From positions 28,272,001-28,336,000 of the forward strand of contig OX597831.1 in NCBI GenBank assembly GCA_951406725.2: 64,000 nucleotides of DNA, read 5' to 3'. Numbering within the stretch: position 1 is the first letter of the stretch; each line of letters begins with the position of its first letter. This document shows, in pieces, positions 25,550 to 38,430 of this stretch. The DNA comes from Octopus vulgaris (taxonomy: Eukaryota). The translations under genes and the position numbers were made by a program. Below the pieces are notes generated by a model. The model saw only the letters and a program-made list of their open reading frames with translations. It ran no database searches and was not told the origin of the DNA.

Positions 25550-26621
25550 CACATATGCAAATTGTGTTTATCTGTGTGTGTGTGGTGTGTGTGTGTGTGT
25601 GTGTGTGTATGCATGATATATATATATATACATGTGTATATGTTAGTTACACTTTCTTTTTCTCTTGTCGTGTGCCACCAACAAGGAAGGGGCAGGACTA
25701 TTACCTTTCTACGCATCGATGTTATTGCTGTTTAACCCAAGGCTAGCTCTGATGTGGCCAAGTGAGAAAAGCCAGCAGTTCTCAATACCTTCCTAGGCTC
25801 TCAGTGACGGGAGTCCGCATCCCTGGTCCCTCATCCAAGTGGTGAACCGAGCGATGAACGAACGAACGAATGAATGAATGAATGATTAATGGTGTTGAAG
25901 CTGTGACCTACCCATCTTCTCTTCAGGCATAGTGTATCTAAGACTACATCATCCAATGGTTCTTTTTTTTAAAGACAGCAGGTTGTCATTTCAAAATTTA
26001 TTGTCTCCTATTTCTAGCACATTTAACGACCATGTAGAGGTTCTCTAGTTGAAGAAAGTGCGCCTGTGTATGAATCTACGTCATATGTGTGAGCACATGT
26101 ATGTATGTATGTATGTATGTATGTATGTATGTATGTATGTATGTATGTATGTATGTATGTATGTACGTGTGTGTATGTGTGCGTGCGTGTGTGTGTGCGT
26201 GCGTGCGTATGTGTGTGTATGTGTGTGAGTGTTTGTGTGTATGTGTGTGTGTGTGTGCGTAAGAATATTGTCAGTCAAGAAAATGGCGGGCTTTTGTGAA
26301 TGATGTCAGGTGTTTGTGTATATACATATGCTTATACACAAATAAACATAAACTTGTATATTCAGATACGCATTGATTCACACACACACACACACACACA
26401 CACATACATACATACATACATACATACATACATCATACATACATACATCATACATACATACATACATACATACATACATACATACATACATACATACATA
26501 CATACATACATCATACATACATACATACATACATACAACCACACACACATACATACATTACATACATACATCATACATACATACATCATACATACATTAC
26601 ATACATACATACATACATACA

Positions 26622-26652
<31 letters not shown>

Positions 26653-26684
26653 CATACATACATACATCTATCCATCCATCCATC

Positions 26685-26718
<34 letters not shown>

Positions 26719-26879
26719 TATATTCACACAAACAAGAATGACAGTTCAGTCGATATGGCGTGCCTTTTCTATAAATACACGCTTCTTTCCTTCTTTCTTT
26801 CCTTCTTTGTCTCTCTCTCTCTCTCTCTCTGTCTCCCCACCTCTTCCCCTTTTATAACATACTGACTGGTTTATTGCGT

Positions 26880-27020
26880 GAAGGCCCGTAGTATTATTGC
26901 GTGCTGATTTCGAGCACAAAGTCGCGGGTTCGACTCCTGCACCGGGTGATGCGTACTGTCCTCGAGCAAAATATATGTCATTTGACGTCGGTCTGTTGTA
27001 CTCAGCTGTAAAACGAGTAC
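26880..27020 (+). mobile_element. Degenerate tRNA-derived SINE head
   Basis: B box GGTTCGACTCC followed by TGTCCTCGAGCAA...CTCAGCTGTAAAACGAGTAC. No cloverleaf. Confidence 0.6.
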
Positions 27021-27269
27021 AAGTCCGATATTAATTCACTTCTCCCCCCCCTCCCTCCAGTTGTCACATCTTGGATATATCACTGGGTCAACGATGAGAG
27101 AGCCGAGAGGAGTGTTTATGGTAAATTGTCTTAAAGATGATGAAAGGAATTTACTTTAGGAAACGAAAGGGACGCCAATGACATCATAATTTGATGTAAA
27201 CGATATTTGTGACATGACCAGTGTACAAAACGTACATATTTTTAATTTAACATGTAAACTAAGTTAACA

Positions 27270-27927
27270 GGCGTAGGAGTGGCTGTGTAGTAAGTAGCTT
27301 GCTTACCAACCACATGGTTCCGGGTTCAAGGCGGTGAGCTGGCAGAAACGTTAGCATGCCGGGCGAAATGCGTAGCCGTATTTCGTCTGCCGTTATGTTC
27401 TGAGTTCAAATTCCGCCGAGGTCGACTTTGCCTTTCATCCTTTCGGGGTCGATAAATTAAGTACCATTTACGATCTGGGGTCGATATAATCGACTTAATC
27501 CGTTTGTCTGTCCTTGTTTGTCCATTCTGTGTTTAGCCCTTTGTGGGTAGTAAAGAAATAGGTTCTGGGTTCAGTCCCACTGCGTGGCACCTTGGGCGTC
27601 TTCTGCTATAGCCTCGGGCCGACCAAAGTCTTGTGAGAGGATTTGGTAGACGGAAACTGAAACAAGTCCCTCGTATATATGTATATATATAAATAAGTAT
27701 GTGTGTGTGTGTTTGTGTGTCTGTGTTTGCCCCCCCCCCCAACATCGCTTAACAACCAATGCTGGTGTGTTTAGTACCCCGTAACTTAGCAGTTCGGCAA
27801 AAGAGCCCGATAGAATAAGTACTAGGCTTACAAAGAATAAGTCCTGGTGTCAATTTGCTCGACTAAAGGCGGTGCTCCAGCATGGCCACAGTCAAATGAC
27901 GGAAACAAGTAAAAGAGTAAAAGAGAG
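27270..27927 (+). mobile_element. SINE family C (internal microsatellite, GTAAAAGA tail) interrupted by a family B copy
   Basis: GGCGTAGGAGTGGCTGTG head and CCTTGGGC core-like segment. Confidence 0.92.
27329..27560 (+). mobile_element. SINE family B, full length, nested in family C
   Basis: 13-bp TSD GGTTC(C/T)GGGTTCA at 27316-27328 and 27561-27573. Confidence 0.95.
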
Positions 27928-28101
27928 TATGCAGTTTACGGTTGTAAAAAAAGTGAACGTAAATTGTTTTAAAATTGAAAGTAAATTGCGATATACAAAA
28001 GGAAGTGAGGATAATGAGTGACCAAAATTTCATGTACAGAACATAATGAACTCCTTCATTATGTTATTTCCACAGCACTTATATGCGTACTGTTTTCTAG
28101 T

Positions 28102-28487
28102 GTGGAGGCGCAATGGTCCAGTGGTTAGGGCAGCGGACTCGCGGTCATAGGATCGCGGTTTCGATTCCCAGACAGGGCGTTGTGAGTGTTTATTGAGCGA
28201 AAACACCTAAAGCTCCACGAGGCTCCGGCAGGGGATGGTGGTGATCCCTGCTGTACTCTTTCACCACAACTTTCTCTCACTCTTACTTCCTGTTTCTGTT
28301 GTACCTGTATTTCAAAGGGCCGGCCTTGTCACTCTCTGTGTCACGCTGAATATCCCCGAGAACTACGTTAAGGGTACGCGTGTCTGTGGAGTGCTCAGCC
28401 ACTTACACGTTAATTTCACGAGCAGGCTGTTCCGTTGATTCGGATCAACCGGAACCCTCATCGTCGTAACCGACGGAGTGCTTCCAC
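28102..28487 (+). mobile_element. SINE family A, full length
   Basis: 13-bp TSD ACTGTTTTCTAGT at 28089-28101 and 28488-28500. CpGs intact. Confidence 0.95.
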
Positions 28488-28509
28488 ACTGTTTTCTAGT
28501 GATAAATTC

Positions 28510-28920
28510 AAATATTTCAGAAATAATAGCTGAAAGGATTACTGAAAACTGCTGTTTGGTTAAGGCCTCCGTGACGCACGCAAGAACCACTCTGTCCATT
28601 ATAAAGCAATGGATATTGTCAGGAACACGTTTAATATCCGACGGTTTGGCTTCCTACGTGGATCTCGATAACTATACTTTTATTTTTTACATTAATCTTA
28701 ATCTTATTTCGGCCAGAGTTCTTTCGTCACACTCCTGTGACCGCATCAGTGGTCCTTTGTTTTCTTCTTTCTTATTTGTGTTTCTCCTTACTAACCGTCA
28801 GCCATTTTGTATACTTAAGAACTATTCACACAATTTTGTTGACTCAAACAATGACAGCATCTGTACGCAGACTATAGAAGAGCGATGGATGCTTGCCAAA
28901 AAGGTTAGTGACAGTTCATA
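28510..28920 (+). mobile_element. Merlin (IS1016/ISXO2-like) transposase remnant
   Basis: TLSIIKQWILSGTRLISDG...Y...NYSHNFVD...CTQTIEERW resembles the ISXO2-like DDE motifs (SD, NHSxNFVD, TQxIE). Confidence 0.75.
28680..28816 (-). mobile_element. 137-bp insertion carrying a variant hammerhead motif (28711-28755)
   Basis: TSD TATACTT at 28673-28679 and 28810-28816. Minus strand CCA-CTGATGCG-GTCAC-AGGAGT-GTGAC-GAAA-GAACTC-TGG. Confidence 0.6.
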
Positions 28921-28990
28921 TCTTCATTAAGATGCCTCGCGAAACAAATTTAGTGATCATGAAGAAGTGTGGTCACTTCCAGATTTGGCA

Positions 28991-29211
28991 CTCTTTGCTC
29001 TTTTACTCTTTTGCTTGTTTCAGTCATGTGACTGCGGCCATGCTGGAGCACCGCTTTTAGTCGAGCAGATCGACCCCAGGATTTATTCTTTGTAAGCCTA
29101 GTACTTATTCTATCGGTCAATTTTGTCGAACCACTAAGTTACATAAACGGGGGCATAAACACACCAGCATCGGTTGTCAAGCGATGTTGGGGGGACAAAC
29201 ACAGACACACA

Positions 29212-29289
<78 letters not shown>

Positions 29290-29452
29290 TACCGATGGGC
29301 TTCTTTCAGTTTCCGTCTACCAAATTCACCCACAAGGCTTTGGTTGACCCGAGGCTATAGTAGAAAACACTTGCCCAAGGTGCCACGCAGGGGTCTGAAC
29401 CCGGAACCATGTGGTTGTTAAGCAAGCTACTTACCACACTGCCACTCCTGCG
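28991..29452 (-). mobile_element. SINE family C, full length
   Basis: Reverse complement of the family C consensus, including tail. Confidence 0.92.
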
Positions 29453-29812
29453 CTCAGAAAAATTTGTAAACATGATCAGGGCTTTGCATCAAGATATGAA
29501 AGCTCGAGTTAATTTTCCTGGTAGGCTCTCTTTTGTCGTGGAAAATTGGAGTAAAGCAAGGAGACCTTGATGCACCTATCCTCTTTGCAATATATTTTGC
29601 TGTTGTGTTGTCACACGTTTTTCAAAACTCTGAGGAGAGTATTTACATAACATATCGAACAACAGGGAATGTCTTTAATCTGACCAGACTGAAATTCCAA
29701 CGAAGGTTTTCACTTCACTCATTAGGGAACCTTTATACGCTGACGATTGCGATCTTGTCAGTCATTCTGAAACAGGTCTGCAAGCTAAATAAATGTCATT
29801 TAGAGTTGATTT
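29453..29812 (+). mobile_element. RTE-clade LINE reverse transcriptase fragment, opposite orientation to the adjacent endonuclease
   Basis: KFVNMIRALH...GVKQGDLDAPILF...YRTTGNVFNL...LYADDCDL across frameshifts. Confidence 0.85.
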
Positions 29813-32260
29813 AAATGTCATCTCTTCTATAACTGGAAGGTGTTCGATTTTTTTTTATCATCCGCATGTCAGCTGATGATGGTCTTTTTAAAAGTGCAGA
29901 AAAATATTCTACCCGGCGCTTATGAATAGAAGCGGTGTCAGTCAGAAGCAAATGTCTATTTGCTGTTATCACTGGAGCTATTGAAGAAGATTTTGGGTCG
30001 CATACCTCCTTAACATAAGAGTACAAACCCTTGGCATTATTTCTATGAGCTGCTTCTTGTGCCCCTTTTGCTCTATCATTCCACCATTCCTGTTTAATTT
30101 TCCTTAGAGCAGTCTGCACTTTCCCTTTCAGCTTTCTGTAAGCTTCGTTTGGGTTGCGGTTCAAGGACTGAGAAAGAAGTGTATTGCCTAAATTCTGTTT
30201 TTCTAAAAGCAGATCATGAATTTCTGCTGATCTGTCCGAGAACCAGTCACTGGACTTATGTGATTTAAATCCTACTGACGAAGTCTGAGATACTTTTGTT
30301 TTGAAATCTTCCCATAGATTGTTTGGGTCAAGATTGATACTTTTTATAACATCGTGGAGTCTTTGCAAGTTGCTTGATAATTTAATGTTTGCAATATTTA
30401 ACTTTCTGGATACTGTCGATTTTATGTATTATCGAAAAATTAATTTTTCCACGCACTAGACGATGGTCAGTCCAGCTCTCTGCTCCACTTATGGCCCAAA
30501 CGCATGAAACATCCTTCATATCACGCTTTCTGATTAAAATATAATCTATGAGAAGCCAGTCTTTAGATCTTGGGTGCATCCAGGTGATTTTATATCTATT
30601 TTTCTGCTTAAATAGAGTGTTGGTAACAATCAGATTATTCTCAGTACAAAACGTCAAAAGAACTACTCCATTTTTATTATATTTTCCAATCCCATGTCGG
30701 CCTAAAACAGGCCATGAAACGTAGTCATTTTCAACTCTTGCGTTGATATCTCCCAATATGACCAGCTTGTACTTTTCTCAATAATTAGTACTTTTCTTCA
30801 TAATTGTACTAGATCGTCATAAAACTGTACTACAGTTTCATCAGAATGAGACATTGTTGGTGCATAAATACTGACAACGGTAAGAAACCTAACTTTTGTC
30901 AGTTTTATACGGCATGGCATGGTTCGTTCAGATATACCACTTGGAAGCTCTGCAATGGAGGATACTAATGAGTTCTTGAGAGCAATCCCAACACCAGATT
31001 CTCTACGCTGACCCTCAGGTAGGCCTCTCGAAAAGATAGTATATCCATAAGTAGGTTCATTTATTTGACCCTCACCAAAGAGACGAGTTTCAGAGAGCGC
31101 AGCTATATCAAGGGAATATTTCTTAAGCTCACATGCAATAAGTGCAGTACAGCTTTCTGGCCATGGTAACCATGGGAGCTATGAAAAATTACAAAGCACA
31201 GCATCACCACCGGATCATTCTACACATCTGTGTAATTTTTCGCGCAATTTCCACCCATATAAATTCATGTTGATTCACATTATAGCGATGTATACAAAAC
31301 TTATAATGTAAATAAAGAATATTCATTAACAGGCGTAGGAGTGGCTGTGTGGTAAGTAGCTTGCTTACGAACCACATGGTTCCAGGTTCAGTCCCACTGC
31401 ATGGCACCTTGGGCCAATGTTTTCTACTATAGCCTTGGGCCGACCAAAGCCTTGTGAGTGGATTTGGTAGACGGAAACTGAAAGAAGCTCGTCGTATGTA
31501 TATATATTTGTGTGTGTGTGTGTGTGTGTATATGTTTGTGTGTCTGTGTGTGTGTGTATATGTTTGTGTGTCTGTGTTTGTCCCCGTAACTAGGCTTACA
31601 AAGAATAAGTCCTGGGGTCGATTTGCTCGACTAAAGGTGGTGCTCCAACATGGCCACAGTTAAATAACTGAAACGAGTAAAAGAGATTAAAACTCATTAA
31701 CAGAAATTATTACCAACTCTTGTTGAAATTATTACCAAGAAGTGTGCGACTATTCCAACAGTCAAAATTCAAAGGATATTTCTTTTTACTTTTTCTTGAT
31801 GATTGTTTGACAAGATTGTTTGACCACAGTGGGAGGATGACGACCGGACCCAGCCTGTGATACACTGGGACACCTGCCGAGCCAGACCCGATTCCCTGAC
31901 GTTTCCAAGCCTTTTTTTTTTCCCCATTTACTGAATCTGTTTGAGACATTTTAGAGTAAGTTACAAGTGCATTTTTAGGTTTCTGCCAACCAACCAATTT
32001 AATGACTTTACTAAGATTTACTGTACAGGAAGTACCTGTGCGGATGAATAATTTTCAGTGGATGTAGCTTGCACTGCACTACCCCCACCTATTGGCCCAA
32101 GAAGACTTTATCCGGTGTGACATGAAAATTGATAAAAGGCATCAGGTTTTATTTCGGAGATTTCCTTCTCTTAGGTAGATTACCAACTCAGGTTAAAGAG
32201 CTTCTACCTGCTCATGAGGTAAGCTGTCCCATTCCATACACTAGACCGACATTCAAACAC
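29813..32260 (-). mobile_element. RTE-clade LINE 5' half (5' UTR, APE endonuclease, linker), pseudogenised
   Basis: WNSRTLL, DIAALSETRL, GDINARV, TWMHPRSKDWLLIDYIL and WTDHRLV motifs (ORFs 31710-31997, 30382-30756, 29811-30368). Confidence 0.9.
31165..31730 (+). repeat. Insertion into the RTE endonuclease: ~170 bp flank plus a SINE C, near-identical to 37353-37890
   Basis: Shared CATGGGAGCTATGAAAAA...TCATTAACAGGCGTAGG...GAGATTAAAACTCATTAACAGA. Confidence 0.85.
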
Positions 32261-32549
32261 TCTGTAAAGTGATCAAATATTACTTCGGTGACTGACATGG
32301 AGTAGCTCATTCATAAAAAAAAAAGGATATATACATATTTACAGATATATTGTTGGATGGCCGTTGACTGCTCATGAGTTCCTCCGCCCTTTGACGGGTC
32401 TTATTTTTCATTCCGCAGGGAGTCCAACAAATATCCTCCTCACCAAGCAAGCCCCTGAAGGGGTTGCCAGTTTAGTCGCTGACGATCCGACCATGCAACA
32501 GGTTGTATTGGATTACATGTTACCAGTAGCACTCACGAGCGACCTGAGA

Positions 32550-32638
<89 letters not shown>

Positions 32639-32749
32639 TGTATTGATATTAACCATCAGTGTTGCAATGCGTTATCTTACCATAAATTGTTACCTTCTTG
32701 GTTAATCGAGGAAGACAGTGGACATTGCAAGGCCTACGATACATTGGAT

Positions 32750-33238
32750 CAAATTTTGGTACAAGGCCGGCAATATCATGGTGGTGGTGGTGGTGGTGTG
32801 TGTGTGTGCGTGTTTGTGGTGGGGTAAGTCGATAGCATCGATCCCCATTGCTCAACTGGTACTTAATTTATCGACCCTCTGAAAGGATGAAATTCAAAGT
32901 TGACCTAGGCGGAATTTGAACTCAGAACATAAAGACGGACGAAATACCTATTTCTTTATTACCCACAAGGGGCTAAACACAGAGGGGACAAACAAGGACA
33001 GACAACGGTATTAAGTCGATTATATCAACCTCAGTGCGTAACTGGTACTTAATTTATCGACCCCGAAAGGATGAAAGGCAAAGTCGACCTCGGCGGAATT
33101 TGAACTCACAACGTAACGTAGACGAAATACCGCTAAGCACTTCACCCGGCGTGCTAACGTTTCTGCCAGCTCGCCGCCTTCGAAATACCGCTAAGCATTT
33201 TGTCCGGCGTGCTAACTATTCAGCTGGCTCGCCGCCTT
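32750..33238 (-). mobile_element. SINE family B inserted into another family B copy
   Basis: Inner copy 32949-33180 flanked by CGAAATACC at 32940-32948 and 33181-33189. Confidence 0.9.
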
Positions 33239-33311
33239 AGCAGATATTGTAAGCGCTACTTTTTATTGAACCGTGTACATCACAGTGACTTAATCGGACT
33301 TGATACGTACT

Positions 33312-34101
33312 ACGGCACTCCGTCGGTTACGACGACGAGGGTTCCAGTTGATCCAATCAACGGAAGAATCTCTACACGTGAAATTAACGAGCAAGTAGCT
33401 GAGCACTCCACAGACACGTGCACCCTTAATATAGATCTCAGAAAAATTCAGCGTGACACAGAATATGACAATCCGGCAATTTGAAATACAGGTACAGTAG
33501 AAACAGGAAGAAAGATCCGAGCTGGCAGAAACGTTAGCATGCTGACGAAATGCTTAGCGGTATTTCGTCTGCCGTTACGTTCTGAGTTGCCTTTCATCCT
33601 TTCGGGGTCGATAAATTAAGTACCAGTCACGCACTGGGGTCGATGTAATCGACTTAATCCGTTTGTCTGTCCTTGTTTGTCCTCTCTGTGTTTAGCCCCT
33701 TGTGGGCAATAAAGAAATAGGTATTTCGTCTGCCGTTACGTTCTGAGCTCAAATTCCGCCGAGGTCGACTTTGCCTTTCATCCTTTCGGGGTCGATAAAT
33801 TAAGTACCAGTCACGAACTGGGGTCGATGTAATCAACTTAATCCGTTTGTCTGTCCTTGTTTGTCCCCTCTATGTTTAGCCCCTTGTGGGCAAAAAAGGA
33901 ATAAAAAACAGGAAGAAAGAGCGAGAGAAAGTTGTGGTGAAAAAGTACAGCAGGATTCGCCACCACCCCCTGCCGGAGCCTCGTGGAACTTAAGGTGCTT
34001 TCGCTCAATAAGCACTCACTTTCACAACGGTCTGGGAATCGAAGCCGCAATCCTATGATTGCAAATCCACTGCCCTAACCACTGGACCATTGCGCCTCCA
34101 C
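33312..34101 (-). mobile_element. SINE family A interrupted by a family B dimer (about 33517-33903, +)
   Basis: Outer TSD TTGATACGTACT (33300-33311, 34102-34113). Inner duplication AAACAGGAAGAAAGA (33501-33515, 33906-33920). Confidence 0.9.
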
Positions 34102-34315
34102 TTGATACGTACTCAACAACAATGCTGTCGTTATTGTCCTCCTGATCATGTTTCACCCGTCATCCCATGCTTACATAGGCTGGACAGTTCTTTTCCAACG
34201 AAGCTTCTCGTCGCTTGTAGTCATTTCCTTTCAGAGATACTCAGTATTCAGAGAAATATAGTTTTCACTGCATCTTTCCATGTCTTTTTCGGTTTTCCTC
34301 TACTACAGTTCTTTT

Positions 34316-34858
34316 TCTCTACTCTTTTACTCTTTCACTTGTTTCAGTCATTTGGCCGTGGCCATGCTGGAGCACCGCCTTTAGTCGAGCAAATCGCCCC
34401 CAGGACTTATTCTTTATAAGCCTAAAATCCTAACGCTAACCCTAAAACCTTAAAACCAGTACAAACGCACGAACGATGTCATAAATAACAGTGACAAACG
34501 AAAAATACACCGCCGGTAGTTGTTGTTGACAAAACAACAGCAGTAATTTTATTCAGCTGAATACACGTCATTGATTGGTTGAAATTACCGAAATACGAGA
34601 ACTTTAAAACGTGAAATAACTTCGTAAATATAAGTCTTTCTCAAAAATGCCAAGAGTAAAAGATGTTTTATGTGACACATTCTACCAGTGTCCGAAGTTT
34701 GAAAGTATTTAGTTACAAAAAAATATTTTTTTAAATCTGTAAGTCAAACGGTAAAGATCCAGTAGAGGATACTTGCCCAAGGTGCCACGCAGTGGGACTG
34801 AACCCGGAACTATGTAGTTCGTAAGCAAGCTACTTACCACACAGCCACTCCTACGCCT
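34316..34858 (-). mobile_element. SINE family C ends (34316-34423, 34761-34858) separated by an unrelated ~340-bp repeat-like segment
   Basis: Tail and head of family C are recognisable and the middle is replaced. Confidence 0.7.
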
Positions 34859-35170
34859 ATGGATTAAAATCTCTGTGGATTAAAATTTAAATGGCTGTGA
34901 ATAAATTCCTGTATCTACTTTTACGTTATTATATAATCTATAAACTTTAATAAAAAAAAAAATGTTGAACCATGTTTCTCCTTTCAATGAGAGCCGGAAC
35001 ACAAATATACTTACATCAATTACAGCGTGAGTATAACTTGAGGGTCGTGCCTATATTGGGCATTATGGGAATCTTTAATGAAAGGGTATTTACACACATG
35101 CATACGCACACAATACGCCACACACACACACACAGACACAGACACAGACACACACACAGACACACATACA

Positions 35171-35223
<53 letters not shown>

Positions 35224-35256
35224 CCACGTCTGAATGTCTTCTGAAAACAAAAATAT

Positions 35257-35302
<46 letters not shown>

Positions 35303-36133
35303 GTAAAAAAAAACAACTTTTAGTTTCAAAAGAAACCATTCTTTCACTTTTATTTGACAGCCAAATGTACGGCAAATAACGATTCTTGCCGAAGTTCAGT
35401 CCGACGGCGTCGGTTTTTTGTACACCCGCCGCCGTCGCCACCACCACCAGGTGAAGCAACAGTAGCAGCAGATGGATGACACTTGTTCGTCTTGCGAATC
35501 ACTCAAGCCTTAGAGAAAGTTTGTAAACGTCGCTATATCTGCTAGAAATAGCAGCTAAACTGCCACCAAAACATCATAAATAAGAGAACGTCACGTGAAA
35601 TAATAATGTCTCGGAGATAAACCGTATTCATATGACGAGACGGCCACGGCTAGATTATCTTTCATTATATGAAAGCTGGGTCAAGACAAATTTTGGTCCA
35701 AATAAAAATTGGATCATATTTTGTAAGATATATGGTTAGATACGCTGTACTTGTGTGTAAAAGATTGGATGGTCATGGTTAGAAAGCTTTGGATACGTTT
35801 GCTGGATCAGGGACGACCGGGAACAAAACGAAGTAAAAATTAAAAAAACAAATCCATCTTATTTGTATGGCAAGGGAAACTACTCTTACAGAAGGGGACA
35901 TTACTCTGATTAACGTTAAATTATTCTGCAACATAGATATACTTCAAATATCTGTTATCTTTTATTTGTTTCAAGGATTATACTGTGGCCATGCTGGGGT
36001 ACCACATTCAAGAGTTTACTCAATCAAATCGAGCGAACCGCTAAGTTACGGGCACGTAAGCACACCAACACCGGTTGTCAAGCAGTGATGGGGTAAACAC
36101 ACATATACACAGGGAAACACACACACACACACC

Positions 36134-36219
<86 letters not shown>

Positions 36220-36773
36220 TACACAGGCATACCTCATTTTACGTTACCCCGATGTACGAAACCTCAATTTTACGAATTGTAGATGAAAAACGGAAAAATT
36301 GGTTTGCATGGCAACGAGCGTCACTTCCGTTCTGGCAGCACCTATTAATTCAAGTGATCGCCTGCAACTGCCGAGACATTCCACTAGAATACGAAGTTTC
36401 AAACTGTTTTGTTAATTAAAAAATGAATTAAAATGTCTGCGAGCCAAACTGAACAGATCCCATTAATTTAACTCTGTACACATTATCTCGTAGCGGAACT
36501 GGTTGAGTATTCCTTAGTAATGTGTAACCTTTATGTAATATTCAGGTCGAATCAGTGACACAGTGTATGGCATACCGTCACGCGTTGTATTACTGGTACA
36601 AGCCACCCAGTGGTTTCTCAAGGAGTTCACATCTCGAACTAATTTCACTAACTCGTTTACCACTCGCCTACAAGTGGTAAACGAGTATGATGACAAGATA
36701 TTTGACGGATTGAAACTGTTTGTATGGCTCGTAGTATGTGTGTGTGTGTGTGTGTACACACAATTGTACATTA

Positions 36774-36860
<87 letters not shown>

Positions 36861-36877
36861 ATATATATATATATATA

Positions 36878-37345
36878 CTAGCAGCTAAACCCGATTTCAT
36901 CTGGTCGGTTTGGATGATGTGGCTGAAAAATCGGCTTTGTATAAGCATTCGACTTGTTTGGGCACGCTTACGGTAAAGAACAATTTTTGAATGACTTTTT
37001 TTCTGTCAAAATGCTAAAAATAACTGACAAAAAAACCCAAAAAAACCCAAAGAGTCAACCAAATGGAAAAATAAATCCAAATACTAAGCGAACAAAGATG
37101 AGCCATCACACTTCCATTGCGTGCGTATAGCCACACACACAAACACAAACACACACGCACACACACATTCACATACCCCCCCTTTACATACACGCACATA
37201 TATTCACACAGAGTTGAAACGCTGTTTGATTTATTTTTTCAGCGTACAATTTTCATCATCCCACTACCAAGTATGACATCACGCCTTCTTCATCTATCAC
37301 CCCTTCCTTTCTCATTCATAAACACAAGAGTATTATTATAGTAGA
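36878..37345 (-). mobile_element. Non-autonomous Helitron-like element
   Basis: Minus strand starts TCTACTATAATAATA and ends with hairpin CCAGATGAAATCGGG then CTAG, inserted between A and T. Confidence 0.7.
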
Positions 37346-37352
37346 TTATCGT

Positions 37353-37890
37353 GGTAAGCATGGGAGCTATGAAAAAATACAAAGCACAGCATCACCACCG
37401 GATCATTCTACACATCTGTGTAATTTTTCGCGCAATTCCACCCATATAAATTCATGTTGATTCACATTATAGCGATGTATACAAAACTTATAATGTAAAT
37501 AAAGAATATTCATTAACAGGCGTAGGAGTGGCTGTGTGGTAAGTAGCTTGCTTACGAACCACATGGTTCCGGGTTCAGTCCCACTGCATGGCACCTTGGG
37601 CAAATGTTTTCTACTATTGCCTTGGGCCGACCAGAGCCTTGTGAGTGGATTTGGTAGACGGAAACTGAAAGAAGCTCGTCGTATGTATATATATTTATGT
37701 GTGTGTTTATGTTTGTGTGCCTGTGTGTGTATATGTTTGTGTGTCTGTGTTTGGCCCCGTAACTTAGCGGTTCGTACTAGGCTTACAAAGAATAAGTCCT
37801 GGGGTCGATTTGCTCGACTAAAGGTGGTGCTCCAATATGGCCACAGTTACATGACTGAAACGAGTAAAAGAGATTAAAACTCATTAACAG
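37353..37890 (+). repeat. Flank plus SINE C unit duplicated at 31165-31730
   Basis: Near identity. SINE C at about 37519-37872. Confidence 0.85.
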
Positions 37891-38430
37891 ATTAAGACTC
37901 ATGATTGCTAATCCGCTAAGTTTCATGTATTTCGTTTCACCTGGTTATCCGAACCTGTTTTTCTCTTGTATTACTAGTGTTTTGAATATGCTTTTTATAG
38001 ATATAGGTGTTAGAGGATTTGTTGGAGCCGGGGTTCATGTGATACTTAGGTATCTTGGGCCAGATGCCAAAAGAGAGAAAAGATGTTGCCGCCACTGAGA
38101 AAGCAAGCAATTACATCTGGCTCGAGAGAAAGTGTGAGTAGTGCTGCAAAAACGAGTATTGATGGTGATAAAAACATCTGGCCCGGAGTCACAACATCCG
38201 ATTCAACAAAGATCATGCTGTCGGACGGGAGTTTTGTTTCCTACATCGGTGGATGACCCCCGCCGGACAGCTTTAGTGTTTCAGTGGAGGGATCGAAACA
38301 GCTAAAGAGTTGCTTCACCGCCTGCCGGGTTATCAACTATGTTCGCAGACGGCGTATAGCACAGACACAGACACAGACATACATACATACATACATACAG
38401 ACAGACAGACCCCCCCACACACACACACTG

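Noticed and set aside
26880-26945. Possible second tRNA gene
   Set aside because: B box only; stems do not form and it continues into SINE body sequence.
28478-28930. Intact or domesticated Merlin ORF
   Set aside because: The ORF starts in a SINE and reads through a 137-bp insertion by chance; the transposase is partial.
35361-35450. GC-rich candidate exon (CAG...GTGAAG)
   Set aside because: Weak donor, no recognisable protein and no partner exons.
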